From: Ascidiella aspersa
Taxonomy: Eukaryota
DNA length: 64,000 nucleotides
Reading direction: 5' to 3'
Assembly: GCA_963924565.1 (NCBI GenBank)
Contig: OZ004608.1
Coordinates: forward strand, 23,746,001 to 23,810,000
Below, one piece after another: positions 13,392 to 26,210 of the stretch (its first letter is position 1; the number at the start of each line of letters is the position of its first letter). The notes beneath the pieces were generated by a model that ran no database searches, was not told the origin of the DNA, and saw only the letters and a program-made list of their open reading frames with translations. The position numbers and the translations under genes were made by a program.

Positions 13392-14459
13392 CATGGGCGC
13401 CCGCACGGGGGGGGGGGCTAGGGGGGGCACTTGCCCCCCCCCTGGAATTTCAAAATGCGATTATTAGTATTATTTATAAGTGTAATATGTATTACTTAAG
13501 AAGTTTAAAAATATTACACATTATCCATTGCCCCCAGTGGCGTATCCAGGATGGCGGGAGTTCTTACCCCCTTTTTGTAAGTTAAATTATCGTTTTTTGT
13601 TCGTTGTCATGTAACAAATTGTTCAAAGCGGCGTGCTTTTTAAGTAATTGGGTCACGCGTCTTAATATTATGCGAAACCAAAATTGAGCGCAAAACGCCG
13701 TTTTTCGTCTTTTGTTTGGTCGACCGTAAACGCTGGAAGTTTTTCTCTTTCGTTATTTGTTTAGGTTGACTGATTAGCAAGTGTGTATTCGACAATTGAC
13801 AACGCTAAGTCAAACTTTCTTTCTTTTTTTCTCGCTAATGATGGTTAACGCAAAATTATGCTCTTTAAGCGTACTCTAAGACCACGTGCTAAGTGTGCAA
13901 TGGACACAACTTATTTCCCCTCAACCGCAGCTTGTAATTTAGCTGACTTTCACACAGCTCGGCGCAGATGTTGCGCTAATCGTGGCATAATAACACCCGG
14001 AAAAAATTATCTTTGTTTAGTATTGCAGGTGGTGAAAGACGTGCTTGTAATTAAGCGCTCGTTCCGTTCATGGAACTTGAAAACTGCGCTGCTGATAGTC
14101 GAATTATGTGTGATTCTACCACAATTAATCACACATATTTCACGGTCTTGGTTTGTTTCTTTTGCTTGAAGTTAACGATTGCACACCGTGATTTCGCAGC
14201 TGGCGCCTGACAGGATTGTCGATGACGCACGTGGTCGCTTTTGCTGGACGTATTTGGCTGTTTCTGATTAGTTTTTTTCTCACGTCTGGATATCACCATT
14301 CTATGACGTCATACTGTCACTGTTTTATGACGTCATTATTCAATAACGTCAGACGAAAAATAGGGTAATTCCCACAGTTGAAAATTCCGGACCCACTTTT
14401 TGATTTTCTGGTTACGCCCCTGATTGCCCCCCCTGGAAAAATTTCTGCGGGCGCCCCTG
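13392..14459. mobile_element. hAT-like MITE with G/C-run subtermini (host of a nested element)
   Basis: TIRs CATGGGCGCCCGCA / TGCGGGCGCCCCTG; perfect 8-bp TSD ggtatact. Confidence 0.85.
13535..14422. mobile_element. hAT-like MITE nested in 13392-14459
   Basis: TIRs CAGTGGCGTATCCAG / CTGGTTACGCCCCTG; perfect TSD attgcccc. Confidence 0.85.
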
Positions 14460-14787
14460 GGTATACTTGACTGTATTTGGGATTTATCTGGGTTTTTAAT
14501 ACCTTACCATGATTAAAGGTAAACATGAAGGCTGTATTGTTGAAATAATTGCGGTGTGCAGTCTAAGTCTGGCGTCGTTTCATATATATGCTGATTACGA
14601 AGTCTGCCCTGGCTTTACACCACACATATCGGAGCTTGACACACTATGAGACGGGCAAGGTTGCAAGCCTACCACACTGAAAGACGATTTTGCATAATCA
14701 TCTCGCTGCTAAAAATAGTAAACGCCCACAGAGTCTACACTCCTGTTTGTCGCAAGAAGGGAGGGTCATTTTAATCACTGTATAGAA

Positions 14788-15142
14788 CAGGGGTGGGCAA
14801 ACTGCGGCTCGCGAGCCACATGGGGCTCCCCGGCATGTTTTTGTGGCTCTTCTATAGTCAAATCGTAATATTCCAAAATAATTGTAAAGGCTACCAAGAA
14901 TACCGTTTATGAAAGTTTCCCTCTTTTTATTTTCGTTATTTAGGCAAGCATTTCGTTTATGACCTAACACCAGACATAGAATCTGAAGAATTAGTTAACA
15001 AAAGACTGATATTGATAAATACTGTGCGTAGTATTTTGTTATTATCGTTATTTATATTGTGTTAACTATTACCGTTTTAACAGTTTTGAGGCTCTCTGGT
15101 ACTTGTATTTTCTCTTCCATTGAACACATATGCCCACCCCTG
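14788..15142. mobile_element. hAT MITE family A, short copy
   Basis: TIRs CAGGGGTGGGCA / TGCCCACCCCTG; perfect TSD gtatagaa; homologous to 10621-11494. Confidence 0.9.
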
Positions 15143-16257
15143 GTATAGAACCTCAATGTTCAGTCAGACGATATCTGATAACATTACACATAAACAGATT
15201 CGTTATGTTTCATCATTAAATTGGAGAAAAGTTTATTTATTTTTAAATGGAAATTTATTGTCAACCAAACATCTAATTATCTGACTCGTCTGGATAGAAA
15301 CCACAATAAGTCAAATAAAACCACACGCCTATCGTTGTTTCATCTCTTTGTTCACGCACCGCCAGAAAAATAACTTACAGTCGGGAAATGGTGGGCAACA
15401 TTATCAGAACAAAGAAGCGAATTTAAGAAATAAGAAACAACATCCGAAACAAACACATTTTAGGTTGTGGTCAGCACCCGAAGTGATATGCGCAAACGTA
15501 GGTCGAATACTGGATAACCAAGTAAGTGAAAAAGTAATAAAAAAGGCAATCCGGGGGTAGAAAATCCGTAAGAAGATAAATGCAACCGGTTCTAGTTATG
15601 TTTAAAGATGTAGTTTATTTCACTGGGACCACTGACTTCAACGCTGATTTATCCCTGCAAAGCGCTATGAATATATATTTGCGACGGTCATAAGAAAACA
15701 TGATTTGGAGATGGTGATTAAGGCAACGCAACGAATATCAGCAGTTGGGTCATTGCAAATCGCTCGATGAACTTCAAGAATAGCTCATAGGTTTTCACCC
15801 ATTATACAGTTGTCGACTCAACTTAACATTGCACAAAAAAACATTGCAAAATAACATAGGTCCGTGGCACCTAAGTACAAATCCGCAATTTAGGCATTAA
15901 AGAACAGTTCACCGTCCTCAATAACTTTATATGGCCGCAGAATAGTTCAAACATTAGGCATTTCGAAAACAAAGTTTAGTTCAACAGGCTTTAAAGTACA
16001 GCTAAAGCATAACTGTACAGTACAATTGGTTAACCACATATTATAAAACAGGTACTACGTACTACCAAAAAGTATTCGCCCCGTATATTAAATAAACACG
16101 TTTGGCCTTTTGAAAACATAACCGCCAATCTTACTGCATCGTTTGGCAAAAAGCAAATGGTGAAAAGTACGTTAGCACGAAAGAGAGACGATTCGCATAA
16201 ATTTTACAAAACAAATAAGGTACCGCGACCGACGTGGTAAAATCAACAAGATAATGT

Positions 16258-16290
16258 TACACACACACACACACAAACACACGTGTACAC
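16258..16290 (+). repeat. (CA)n microsatellite in the Elk 3' UTR
   Basis: acacacacacacacacaaacacacgtgtacac. Confidence 0.7.
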
Positions 16291-16390
16291 GCGCTTTGCA
16301 TTACTTAGCCGCGGTATCAACCGGGTTAGGTCCGCCGAAAGCATCTGAAGAAACTGAGAGGGTCGAGGGACTATGTCGTCACCGGTGACA

Positions 16391-19300
16391 TCATGACGTC
16401 GTCAAAGTGGCGAGAGAGTTTGGCGACATGAGGTTTAGCGGTGCTCCAGTCATGTGTGACGTCAGCTGAGTGGCAACGCTGCTGACTTGACTAACTGGGA
16501 TAGGTTGACCCAGGGCGGCGGCTATTGGGCGCACGGGAACTCCGGCAAAGGTCATTTGGCCGTTAACCACAGTCGGAAACTGGAAGACGGTGCTAGATCG
16601 TAAAGAGGATGGAGAACTGACTTCACTGTCGTCATCGGATTTTTTATCGGTGCCCGGGCACTCTGAAACCCGAGCAGCTTCCTTTGAAAAGGGCATCCCA
16701 TCCGGCCTCCCAATACCTGGAGCGTTAGGCATCGGACTTAGTGTGCTCCAGAAAGTAATGCTTGGGATCACCTGAAGAACACAGCACATGTTTTTAAACC
16801 TTAATAAAGGATTTTTTAATGAATGTTTTTTTTTGGTAACATCAAATTAATTGCAATTTAGGCGACTGGGTTCTGGGTTAAGGCCATTGTTGTCCAAATA
16901 TTTGCGGTTAATAGAAAGAGCTGTACGGAACGGCAAAAATTAATACTAAAAACGCTTGATAAAAGTACGGCGTTCTTTTTGCTGAAGATTAGCGAACTAA
17001 AAGAGTATCATGGTAATATTACCATCGGCGAAGGAGTCATGATGGCGGAGTTGGGGAAGAAAGCCATAGTTGTGTCCGAAGGCGTTTTACGACTGACAGC
17101 ATCTGGTGTGTTTATAGTGCGACCATCGTGAGAGAACAGCGAAGACCCACGAAGTCCTGGGAACTGGGCGAAGAGGGCTGAGGAAACACATTCGTCGTCT
17201 ATGTCGGTTCGAGTTGACTTGCTCAAGTCGATAGGACTCGGTTTTCGATCGATTGACTTTTTACCAGTAAGCCTACGGTGCGGGAGGGATTCAATTGCCG
17301 CAGATTTGGGAGTGTCCTCTTGTTGTTCGGGGGCCGGTATGAGTTCGGGTGACTTTCGCTTTGGGGGAGTTTCGTCCGACTCTGCCTTTAAACTGTCCGT
17401 ATCTGTAAGGGTGCTAAGGACAGGAGTTAAATTGCTTTCCATAGATTGCGATTCTTCTAGCGGCGGTGTGGCCGTGCGAGGTGAGTTCGGTACCGAATTC
17501 GAGTTTTTAGGTGAAGTACACAAGTCCAAGGGGGCGTCCGAGCTGCCGCTGTGCTCTTTCAGGTGAGTGTGAGAGGTCACGTGTTCCGGTTGCTTGCCAA
17601 AGCGACGATTGGAATGCTGCTGGCGATTGTTAAGCATCATTAACAGCGGCGATTCGTCGGATTTGGCGCTTCCCGATGTTGCTGTGGTAGTGACAAGGCG
17701 TTGGTCGTGTGCTACATCGCCCGAGAACACCTCACGATCGTTATGGGTTGGGGACTTAACCGAGTTGTGCACCGAGCCGTAACCGCAATGGGAGATTGGG
17801 AAAGAGCCAGCGCCGACCAAACCGTTTCTGGCTTCCTGTTTAGGCTTTTTTAACTCTATATGGCCGGGTGAAGAGCTGTCACGTTGAGCATCGTCGCGTC
17901 TTCTTTGTGTAGGTGAGTGAAGAACGTGCTGACTGTCGTCTGGGTGGCGCCTTTTCGCAGCAGTGCCAAATTGCTGCGAGCTTGATGACGTCAAAGAATG
18001 TGGCACATGGGCAAGAAAGGCCTCGGCGAGCTTTTTCTTGTTTTGCTTAATAAGGTCCTCATGTGAAAGTTCGGGCGCGCTTTGGTGATGCCTTGTATCA
18101 GGACTCCGCCTAAAATCGTCGTTATAGCGATGTGTCTGTTGCTGGTGGTGATAGCGCGACTGAGAGTTGGGTGACTTTCGGGAAGACGAAGAAGAGGTGG
18201 AAGCCCTGCTGTTTCCATGGTATTGTGATAGTTCTCTTTGATAATGGTCTGAGTGGAAGGCTTGCGACGATGATCGCGGGTTGGAGCTGGCGTGGTTGTT
18301 CTGGTGATGTAACTGCTGTCGGTGGTTGTTGTTGCTGTTGTGTCGGTCCACGGGAGAGTTGTGGGTGTTGTGCGACTGATACTTCCTTCCCGGTAGTTGA
18401 GCACGGTACAGGTCGCATTCGCCGCCGTCAACGGGAACTGCGCAAAAACATAAACAAATATAGATGGGAAATTCACAACACATCCGTTTAAAAGGGTTTT
18501 AACGTGTCAATAGCGCAAAATATTAAACGGTTTGTAAGGTATCGGACGTACACACAAATTATAGCTAGTAGAAGCAGTAAATTGTGAATGTGTTAAGCAC
18601 CAACCTGAAACTGGAGAGTGAAAATTTCGCGAAGTCGAATCGTCTGCTTTGGACGTTGAGGCGACCACTGCGGCTGCTGCAGCTTGTCGGAATCCGGCCC
18701 AAAACGCAGCTGTGGCTGCTGCGTTCCTAGCACGCTCCTCGTCACTCATACCTGCCGCTTGCAGCGCGGCTGCTACTGCCGCCGCCGACGTGGGATCGAG
18801 GGTCATATTTGCTGCCACATCATCCATGACGTGGGTGTGCATGGAGGACGGAGAAAACATTCGCTTCTCCTCGGACGATTGATCTTGCATTCTCCAGGAG
18901 TCGGTAGAGGATGTGGAGAACCTGCCCTGGTAGTTGCGCGCCTTGTCGCCGTTCGCCGAGCGTCGGTGGTCGCCCATCAGATCGTGGTGGACGTTTTTTC
19001 GTTGAATAGGTCGGGAGTACATATCTACCTCCTTAGATGCTTCCTCCTGTTGTCGCTGTAGGTAGTAACGGTAATCGTCCTCATTCACTTCTGGTCGACT
19101 TACGACCATCGAGGGTGGTGAGCTGGAGAGGGTGGGTGATGGGGGATCCCCTTCCTCGTCATCGTCCCCGGCCATACTCGAACCCCCGTCGTTGTGCGAA
19201 AGTCTCTCCATCTTTACACGAAAGGGGATCTTTGTTTCTGTTTTGATGATTTCAGGAAAGGAAACAAACTTGTAGACGAACTTTTGGCCATTCACTTTCT

Positions 19301-22300
19301 TGATTATGTTCTGTTGGAACACAAAACAGCACGTTATCGATAACACACGTTTAATTCTATGAAATAACAATATTGCCTGTTGAGATGTAATTTATCGTAT
19401 TAGCAAGTAAAGAAGTAAATAAAAAAAGGTATTTTGTCAACGAAAACACCACACCTGCCAAAGTAATTCATATTTTGTTTAGCGCCAATTGTAAAAGTCT
19501 GTATTCGGTAAATTGTCGTTCATTTTCTGTCACTCGGTTTGAGCAGCTATGATTTTAAACAGCGCGATCGCGGTTACGGATTGACATCTGTTTGCGAACA
19601 AAAGTGACCCAGGAAGTACAAATAAGGGCAAAGCGGGATGCAAACGTAAAGCTCGAATCGTCATGGTTTGTAGGTGGGTGGAAAGGCCCGATTACGTCAC
19701 TATTTTCGTTTCCTGTATGAGCGGCGCAGAAAGCGAGTCTTGCGCCGATAAATTCAATCCGGGCACCGCCGGCGACGCGGTAATTTGCTTTGTTCAAAAT
19801 ACAAAACGGTATTGACCCCGGCCTGAGTGATCGCTGCTAGAGTTTGTGGCATGCGGAATGTCAAGCAACGCCGACGGACAGAGGCAGGCGGGGTGAAAAA
19901 ACGTACCCTCGCGATGAACGGAGATGCCGCGCAGGAAACCAGACCCGTGTGTTAGCGAATAGCTGCTACTTGTCCTTCCAATAAGAATGACGCACGACTG
20001 TCAAGTCCACTAGGGAGACGTGTAACTGAGACTTGCGATTAGCGTATTTACACAAATGGAAAGGGGTATTGGAGAAATTGATTCAGCTAAAAACTCCAAC
20101 CAAAGTAATTGATCGACAACGACGACAACGCAAGGCGGAAGTACAATAATTATCGCCAATTATGTCGATAAACGGTAACGTTTTGTGTCCATCCGCCATA
20201 ATACAACGGCCCGGTTCGGAAAAGGAACCAATTACAACGCTGAACTGGGAATTAGTCCCATCCCCTTGAACTTACGTCACCGGTCATAAAAAGACAAATG
20301 ACTGTGTTCACGACGCGACAAGCGATGGGCTTGGCCAGAAATTAACAGTGACTGCTTAACAGTACTTCGGATCGAGTGTGGTTTAAGACCTACCGGAACA
20401 AGCAACGCCTATCCACAGTATCCAGTACGTAAACGACAAAGGCTATCGACAGCGCTATTGACGATGGTGACTCGTACTTAATCCAGCAGCCGTATACTGT
20501 CATCGGTCATCGGGGCAAACTAAACTGTCGACAGCAGTAAGTCGGACGACATGACCCTGACATAAATGCGAGCCTGGCAATATTTGGTTGTCGTCACAAC
20601 CATTCTACAAATAGGCGATCTTAGATTTAAGTTGATTGTTTCTTTTCGAGGGAAATCGACAATAAACACAATCCTTTTAGCAATAATTATGTGTAAAGAG
20701 TGTGGTTCGTGTATACAAACTGCTCGTCGAATTCAATAAATAGACTGAAATATGCAACATTATTCGCATGGTGGTTAAAAGACGGAGAGTGAATTCTTTA
20801 ATGTACACCTGGAAGTGACGCGCAAGTGTGGTCCCACAATTCAGCTCGAGGGATTTCCGGTGACGTCAGACCAGTTGCTTTGCAGTGGTTTGACCAACCA
20901 TACAAACTTAATGCAGATGCAGAGCCCATATTTAATCTTCGAGCTATTGGTACCAACCAGTTAACCACGTAGTGAATGTACTCGCCAACGTTCGGATAAT
21001 GTAGTTACTTTGTGGTAGTTTTAGGTTTGTCAAGTTTCTGTTTAACACATCGCTATAGGACCATGCAAAAAAACAGCGTCATATCTAACGACATACTATC
21101 CTTGGACCAAGGGGAATTAAAATCGTGAAAACTGACAACTAAACTAGGCTATTTTATTCTAATCGTATACGTGAATTATCACTCCACTGTATCGTGATTA
21201 AAAAGCATTTAGATGTGGAACAGGCGACCGCCAGAAGCAAACCACATGGGTGTAATATTACAGGAAGCGAATGAGAAGGCATCACGTGACGACGCCGGAA
21301 ACGGTTGGGCACTCGTATGGAGTGAGAAGGGGAGTACAGGGCGATTGTGAACCATATTTTTTTATTTGCCTCATGCTCTAAAACAGCGACGTATTTCAAG
21401 TATACATTACCAGAAAATTTTACCTGGAGAGTACCAAAAAAAATGGTTGTTCCACGAGATTAATCTAACAATACTAGTAATTCAACGTTCGGTTTAAACA
21501 AATAGTGAAGGCCAAATGTAATAACACATGCGAAAATTAAGATTCTTATGCATACCTTATCGTAGTAGTAGCGCAGTGCCCGACTAAGCTTGTCGTAGTT
21601 CATGTTGGTTTTGTTTTTTCGCAAACCCCACAACCTGGCCACCTCCTCCGAATTATGCAGTTTGAACTCGCCATCGGTCGACGTCCAGCTGATCAGGTGG
21701 CTGTTCGAGTTGGGATCCATCAGTAATTCGAGTAGAAATTGCCACAATGTGACATTCATGTCCAGCACTGTAATGAAAAATACCTTTATACATCATCGAG
21801 TGTTAAACTATATTAAATGTAATAAAATGTTATGTAGCACCGCTAGCCATACGATTAAAAACGATTATATTGCATATGCGATGGGGCATTCGCCACACCG
21901 GGATTTGCAGCAGATTAGGCGAGATGCATTGCGCAGACTGCAGAGTGCACTAAGGTTAGAGTGTAGACCGTATGAGCGCAATGAGGTTAGAAAGGAAGCT
22001 AGGTTTAGACGGTTGGAACGGGAGGTGGAAAACGGACGTACCCCGACAACAAGGACGTCGCAGTGAGTACATGATCGAAATACGATCCGACTGAGGGCAA
22101 AACAGCTCCAGGGCAGAGAGCATTTTGCGACCTACGTTAGCGGCTATTTTACAAGCAATGAAAGCTTTCTAGTACATCGAGAGAGCGTTCCAAATGGGCA
22201 GGACTCCGCCTCAGGCGTCGCCCCGACAGCCGACATCCTCTACAGCAATGCAGCGATACACTACAATAAAACGTATTATAAGAGAACAGGGCGGGCGTTG

Positions 22301-25300
22301 GACCGGTCGGGTTTGGCGCACGGCATGCTCGCTAAATTAATGGTGGAATTCCTTCCGGACGTTGCCACTCTATTGCGCGTCGACAGGATGCGAGCCGGAG
22401 TTTGTGACAATGGCAGGCAGTTTGCCGCAGCGCGTATTTTTCGCAGAAAAGGCAAGGAAATTGTCCTGGGCGCCAATAGCTTGCCCGGCTGGTTGCAGCC
22501 TAATTCTGCGGCTTGCTACTGGAACTCAATGCTTTCAACCAACGTATGTCAAGTCGTGTAAGCGGACCCCCCTTGGCAACAACTATATACCCAGAGCACT
22601 TCTCTCTAACGCTGGACAGAAACCATGCTGTTCCACCGAATCTAGGGTTAAATTAAGAAGAGTCGCTTAACGCCAAAGAACTAGAAAACCAATCTTTAAA
22701 GCACCTTGATGATGACGAAAACTACGTTTTAGCTTGAGGCGCTCATAAGATTCCTTTACTTTATTAGGAATGCGTCTGCCTTGAGCGTTATCGCGACGAG
22801 AGAAAATTTTCAAAGCCGAATGACATGAACTACATCAGAATAAAGACGGCTGGCCTATCACTTCACGTCTCCCGCTTATTCTTGCTAAACAATCTATTTC
22901 GCAAGGATTCTAAATTTAGACGATGCGATTAGGAACTTCAGGAGGTCCAATACTGCCGATGACAGAATTGCGCTGGGACTTGTGATTTGTGGCATTGATT
23001 TGTGGTTCCGAGTCGCAGAAAGCTTACGAACATATCCCCACACTGTCGGAAGACGTTTTGCATGTTGACAGCAGGAGATGGTATTACCCGCATTTAAAGA
23101 CAGCCGCTACATCTTCACACATGACTTGACTTCTTGCTTATGCGCGGGCATCCGTTCATCACAAGTCACAACACCTTTGCCCAGGCGGTTGAGTTGAGTT
23201 TATCCGGCGTGTGGCAGCCATCTTGTGTCAATTTCACAGGAATTCGACGTGTTGGTACGCAAAACGATAGTACATTTCCTACAAGCCGATTTATTTCTAG
23301 ACTCTTTCGAAAAGAATATGTCGCGAACAAACAGTATAGGAATGCTTGGTTAAATTTGTTACAACATGTTCCCCGATAGTGGATGGCAACCCCTACCCTG
23401 ATGTAATGGTGAGCTGTAGACAAAAACGGCCATACATAGGCAAGCAAAGCGAAAGCCAACGTAATTATTTTTCTTAGTTTGATTTATGAAGCGAACATGG
23501 CGTGCTCAGTGACACGTAATGTCAAGGTTTCCTGACGCAAATGGTTGAAATTAATAAAAATGCCGGTCAGATAACTTACGTATATTTAAAACATAACGCT
23601 TTCTACAATTCTACAATAAGCAAATTACTACGGTTAAGAAATCCTATTTTCGAAGTATCTTGTTCATAAAGCGTTTCAGCACCTAACTGGGCCATTCGTC
23701 CTGTCAGCACCATGTTACCGGCTCCGTGAGTCACCAGAGTTCACGTGATCCAAGAACAATAGATCGCGCGTATCACTCACAAAAAGCGGTGACTCTGCAT
23801 CGAAAACTGAAGCCGGCGCCATTCCGGTTTTAGAAACGGTGATAAACAGCATACGCCGCAAGTTGCAACCGCACACACGCGCGCAAAAACAAGAAGTAAA
23901 CGCCGGAATTTCCGCCTTTAAACCCGGGGCAATCTTAGGTAAATTTATTGGTGACTCAGTGCAAGCCCATTAGGATGTAAACAGGTTTTAAAATGTCGAA
24001 AGTGGGAACGTAAAGACTAAAGATAGCAAGCAAGAAATGTTCACTTAAAATCCTAAATTAACATTTACGTTCGCTTGATCCTGCATTTTCCTTGCGAAAT
24101 AGGAAAACATATATATACGAGCTATACATTAGGTTGTTTTACTGTTTTTTTCTATGTCTGCCCGGAGGCTTAATGGCGTTTTATGCTTTCCGCATTTAAT
24201 ACCAGGCACCCGTAAAAACACATCAATGTAATAATACACTCGGAGCTGGGGGTTTCGGGCGGAATCGGTAGGCGCCAGAGGTTATACGCAGAAGGTAAGA
24301 TTTCAGCGGCGCCACCAGGACTGAACGAAACTAGTAACGCTTATAAAAAACGAAGGCAAAACGCATATAGAAAAGTGAAACCAAAGCAGAAAATCGCCTT
24401 TTAAGTACAATACACGAATTGGTTTCCGGTAGTTCCTCGTCGGAGATGTAATTTAATCGTGTAGAATATATTTTACATCCCCGGGACTAAAACATAACAG
24501 GCCTTGCGCGCTCGTTTACATCTTTACGGTACGTCAATAAGACGCCAATCCTTCCGCCCCCAAGCGCCACCTCTACCTGCTTTTAATTAACATCAGCAAA
24601 GGCAAATTGCCAGGCGCACATTCGACTGCGCTGGGCATAATTAGCACATCGCTGTCGGCTAATTCGCCATACATCGGTCGCACAAAGGCGGCGAGTGTCC
24701 ATTAAGGGTAGGCGACTTGTCTACAGTCGTCTGAACACAGATCGAGGGTGGTGCTTCGTCGACCTACAAACCGCAGCCTTCACGGCTTGCGCACCGGAAA
24801 CCTTTATCGCATATCGAAAACACGTAAACCATAAAACACGAGTTGCCACTGAGTGATTGAGAGGCGGCTCGCAGTACCCGTTACCTAAATAGGTGCCGAT
24901 CGTGTGACGTCATAGGTTGTTTATATAACGGAGGTGCCAGCCGGACCAGATAAGCTCGGGTGTAGGCTCGTAATCTTACAGTGGCATGCATGGCTGCCTT
25001 CCATTTATTAATTTGGAAAGCGACTCCCGTTAACCTTGTACAACACAGGGCACTCAGCAGCGCGATCGTCCAAGATTTTATTTACACAAAGAAAGCGGAA
25101 CACGGTGCCTTGGGAGCAACACTACACGTTGGCATGGCGTCTCGTCACAGGTGAACAAAAGAATCGCGCAAGACGTTTTCGTCGCGTCTTGAAAGCAGAG
25201 CCAGACAGTTGGCGAAAATCGAAACGAAACTTGATCCGCGCGGAGAGGCGACGGCGAAGCGCGCAAGGCAAGCGGTATGGTCAAGTGTCGTCGAGTGTAT

Positions 25301-26210
25301 CCGGGTCCCGGAAACGTCCCTGTTTTATTATTTGTTGCTTGTTTACGGGCGAGTTAGTGGTAGCGAAGAAAATGCGGTCTGGCACTCTATTGTTCGGAAA
25401 CCGTTTCGCCTGCAGCGCTTTGTGGCTTTCCTGACCCAAAGCGCTGTGCGGTCGTGGCCAAAATGCAACAGCGTTTACGGCCAGTTAATTGCCGTAATCC
25501 AAACGTCAATTACTCGCTTTAAGGTATCTCTTAAATGGCCGCCGGTTTGTTGTAGATCAATTTAAATGGGCTATGTGTTCCTGTTTTCTTGCCCTGTGAT
25601 TACAGCTAACCGCAAATTAGGCGCATGTGTGTACATTCGTAGGCCGACCCCTAAACCGTACCGCTGTCTTAACGACACGCGTCGCGCATTTGATTTGAGG
25701 CAACTGCAGATCTCATTCCCTATTCCCGGTGGAACAATACAGGCCGAGAAGCGCATTTAACGTATTAATGTAAGCTGCAGCTGAAGCCACAGTTCACGCG
25801 CGAAGAGAACCTGTTTCCGCTAATTGTTATATGCCTCGAAATACGTCGAACAGAGCCGCGAGCCGCACCACCGGGCTCTTTTGCCTCTGCTGTATGCTGG
25901 TGGAAGGCAGGCGCGAAAACCGCATGTGCAGTTCCTTTGATAAGCCACCCATTGACATGCGGCCATATACAGTGGTCTAACAACTGGTTTATCTATAACC
26001 CTACAAAGAACGACTTGCAAAGCGTGCTACACCGCTATGTCTGGCGCAGAGTTGATCAATCTTAAATTACTTTTAGTTGCACAAACACTTTTACAAGTAA
26101 GACGATTTACCTCTGGGTAGATGCGCCCCAATTTGCTGTTGCATAGTGCTCATGCAGAGGCGCTTGTCAACCGGGGGACCCTGCAAGTCCAAGTCGTCCA
26201 TGTTTACCAT
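16391..26210 (-). CDS. Elk1/3/4: ETS transcription factor of the ternary complex factor (Elk1/3/4) subfamily, ~937 aa
   Basis: Exons 26210-26111, 21767-21556, 19310-18605, 18437-17023, 16771-16391; phase-consistent, 2814 nt. ETS domain [11 protein letters not shown]...[26 protein letters not shown]|[19 protein letters not shown]; CtBP-type motif PLDLC; D-domain-like [13 protein letters not shown]; C-domain ITFWSTLSP; DEF motif FQFP. Confidence 0.95.
24793..24928 (+). promoter_or_regulatory. ETS + CArG + CRE + TATA-like cluster in Elk intron 1
   Basis: ACCGGAAA 24793; CCTAAATAGG 24884-24893; TGACGTCA 24905-24912; TTATATAA 24921-24928. Confidence 0.5.

Noticed and set aside
15719-15725. miR-124 seed match (TGCCTTA) in the Elk 3' UTR
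   Set aside because: A single 7-mer is compatible with chance without conservation data
16590-19246. Multiple overlapping ORFs on both strands
   Set aside because: Shadows of GC-rich Elk coding exons
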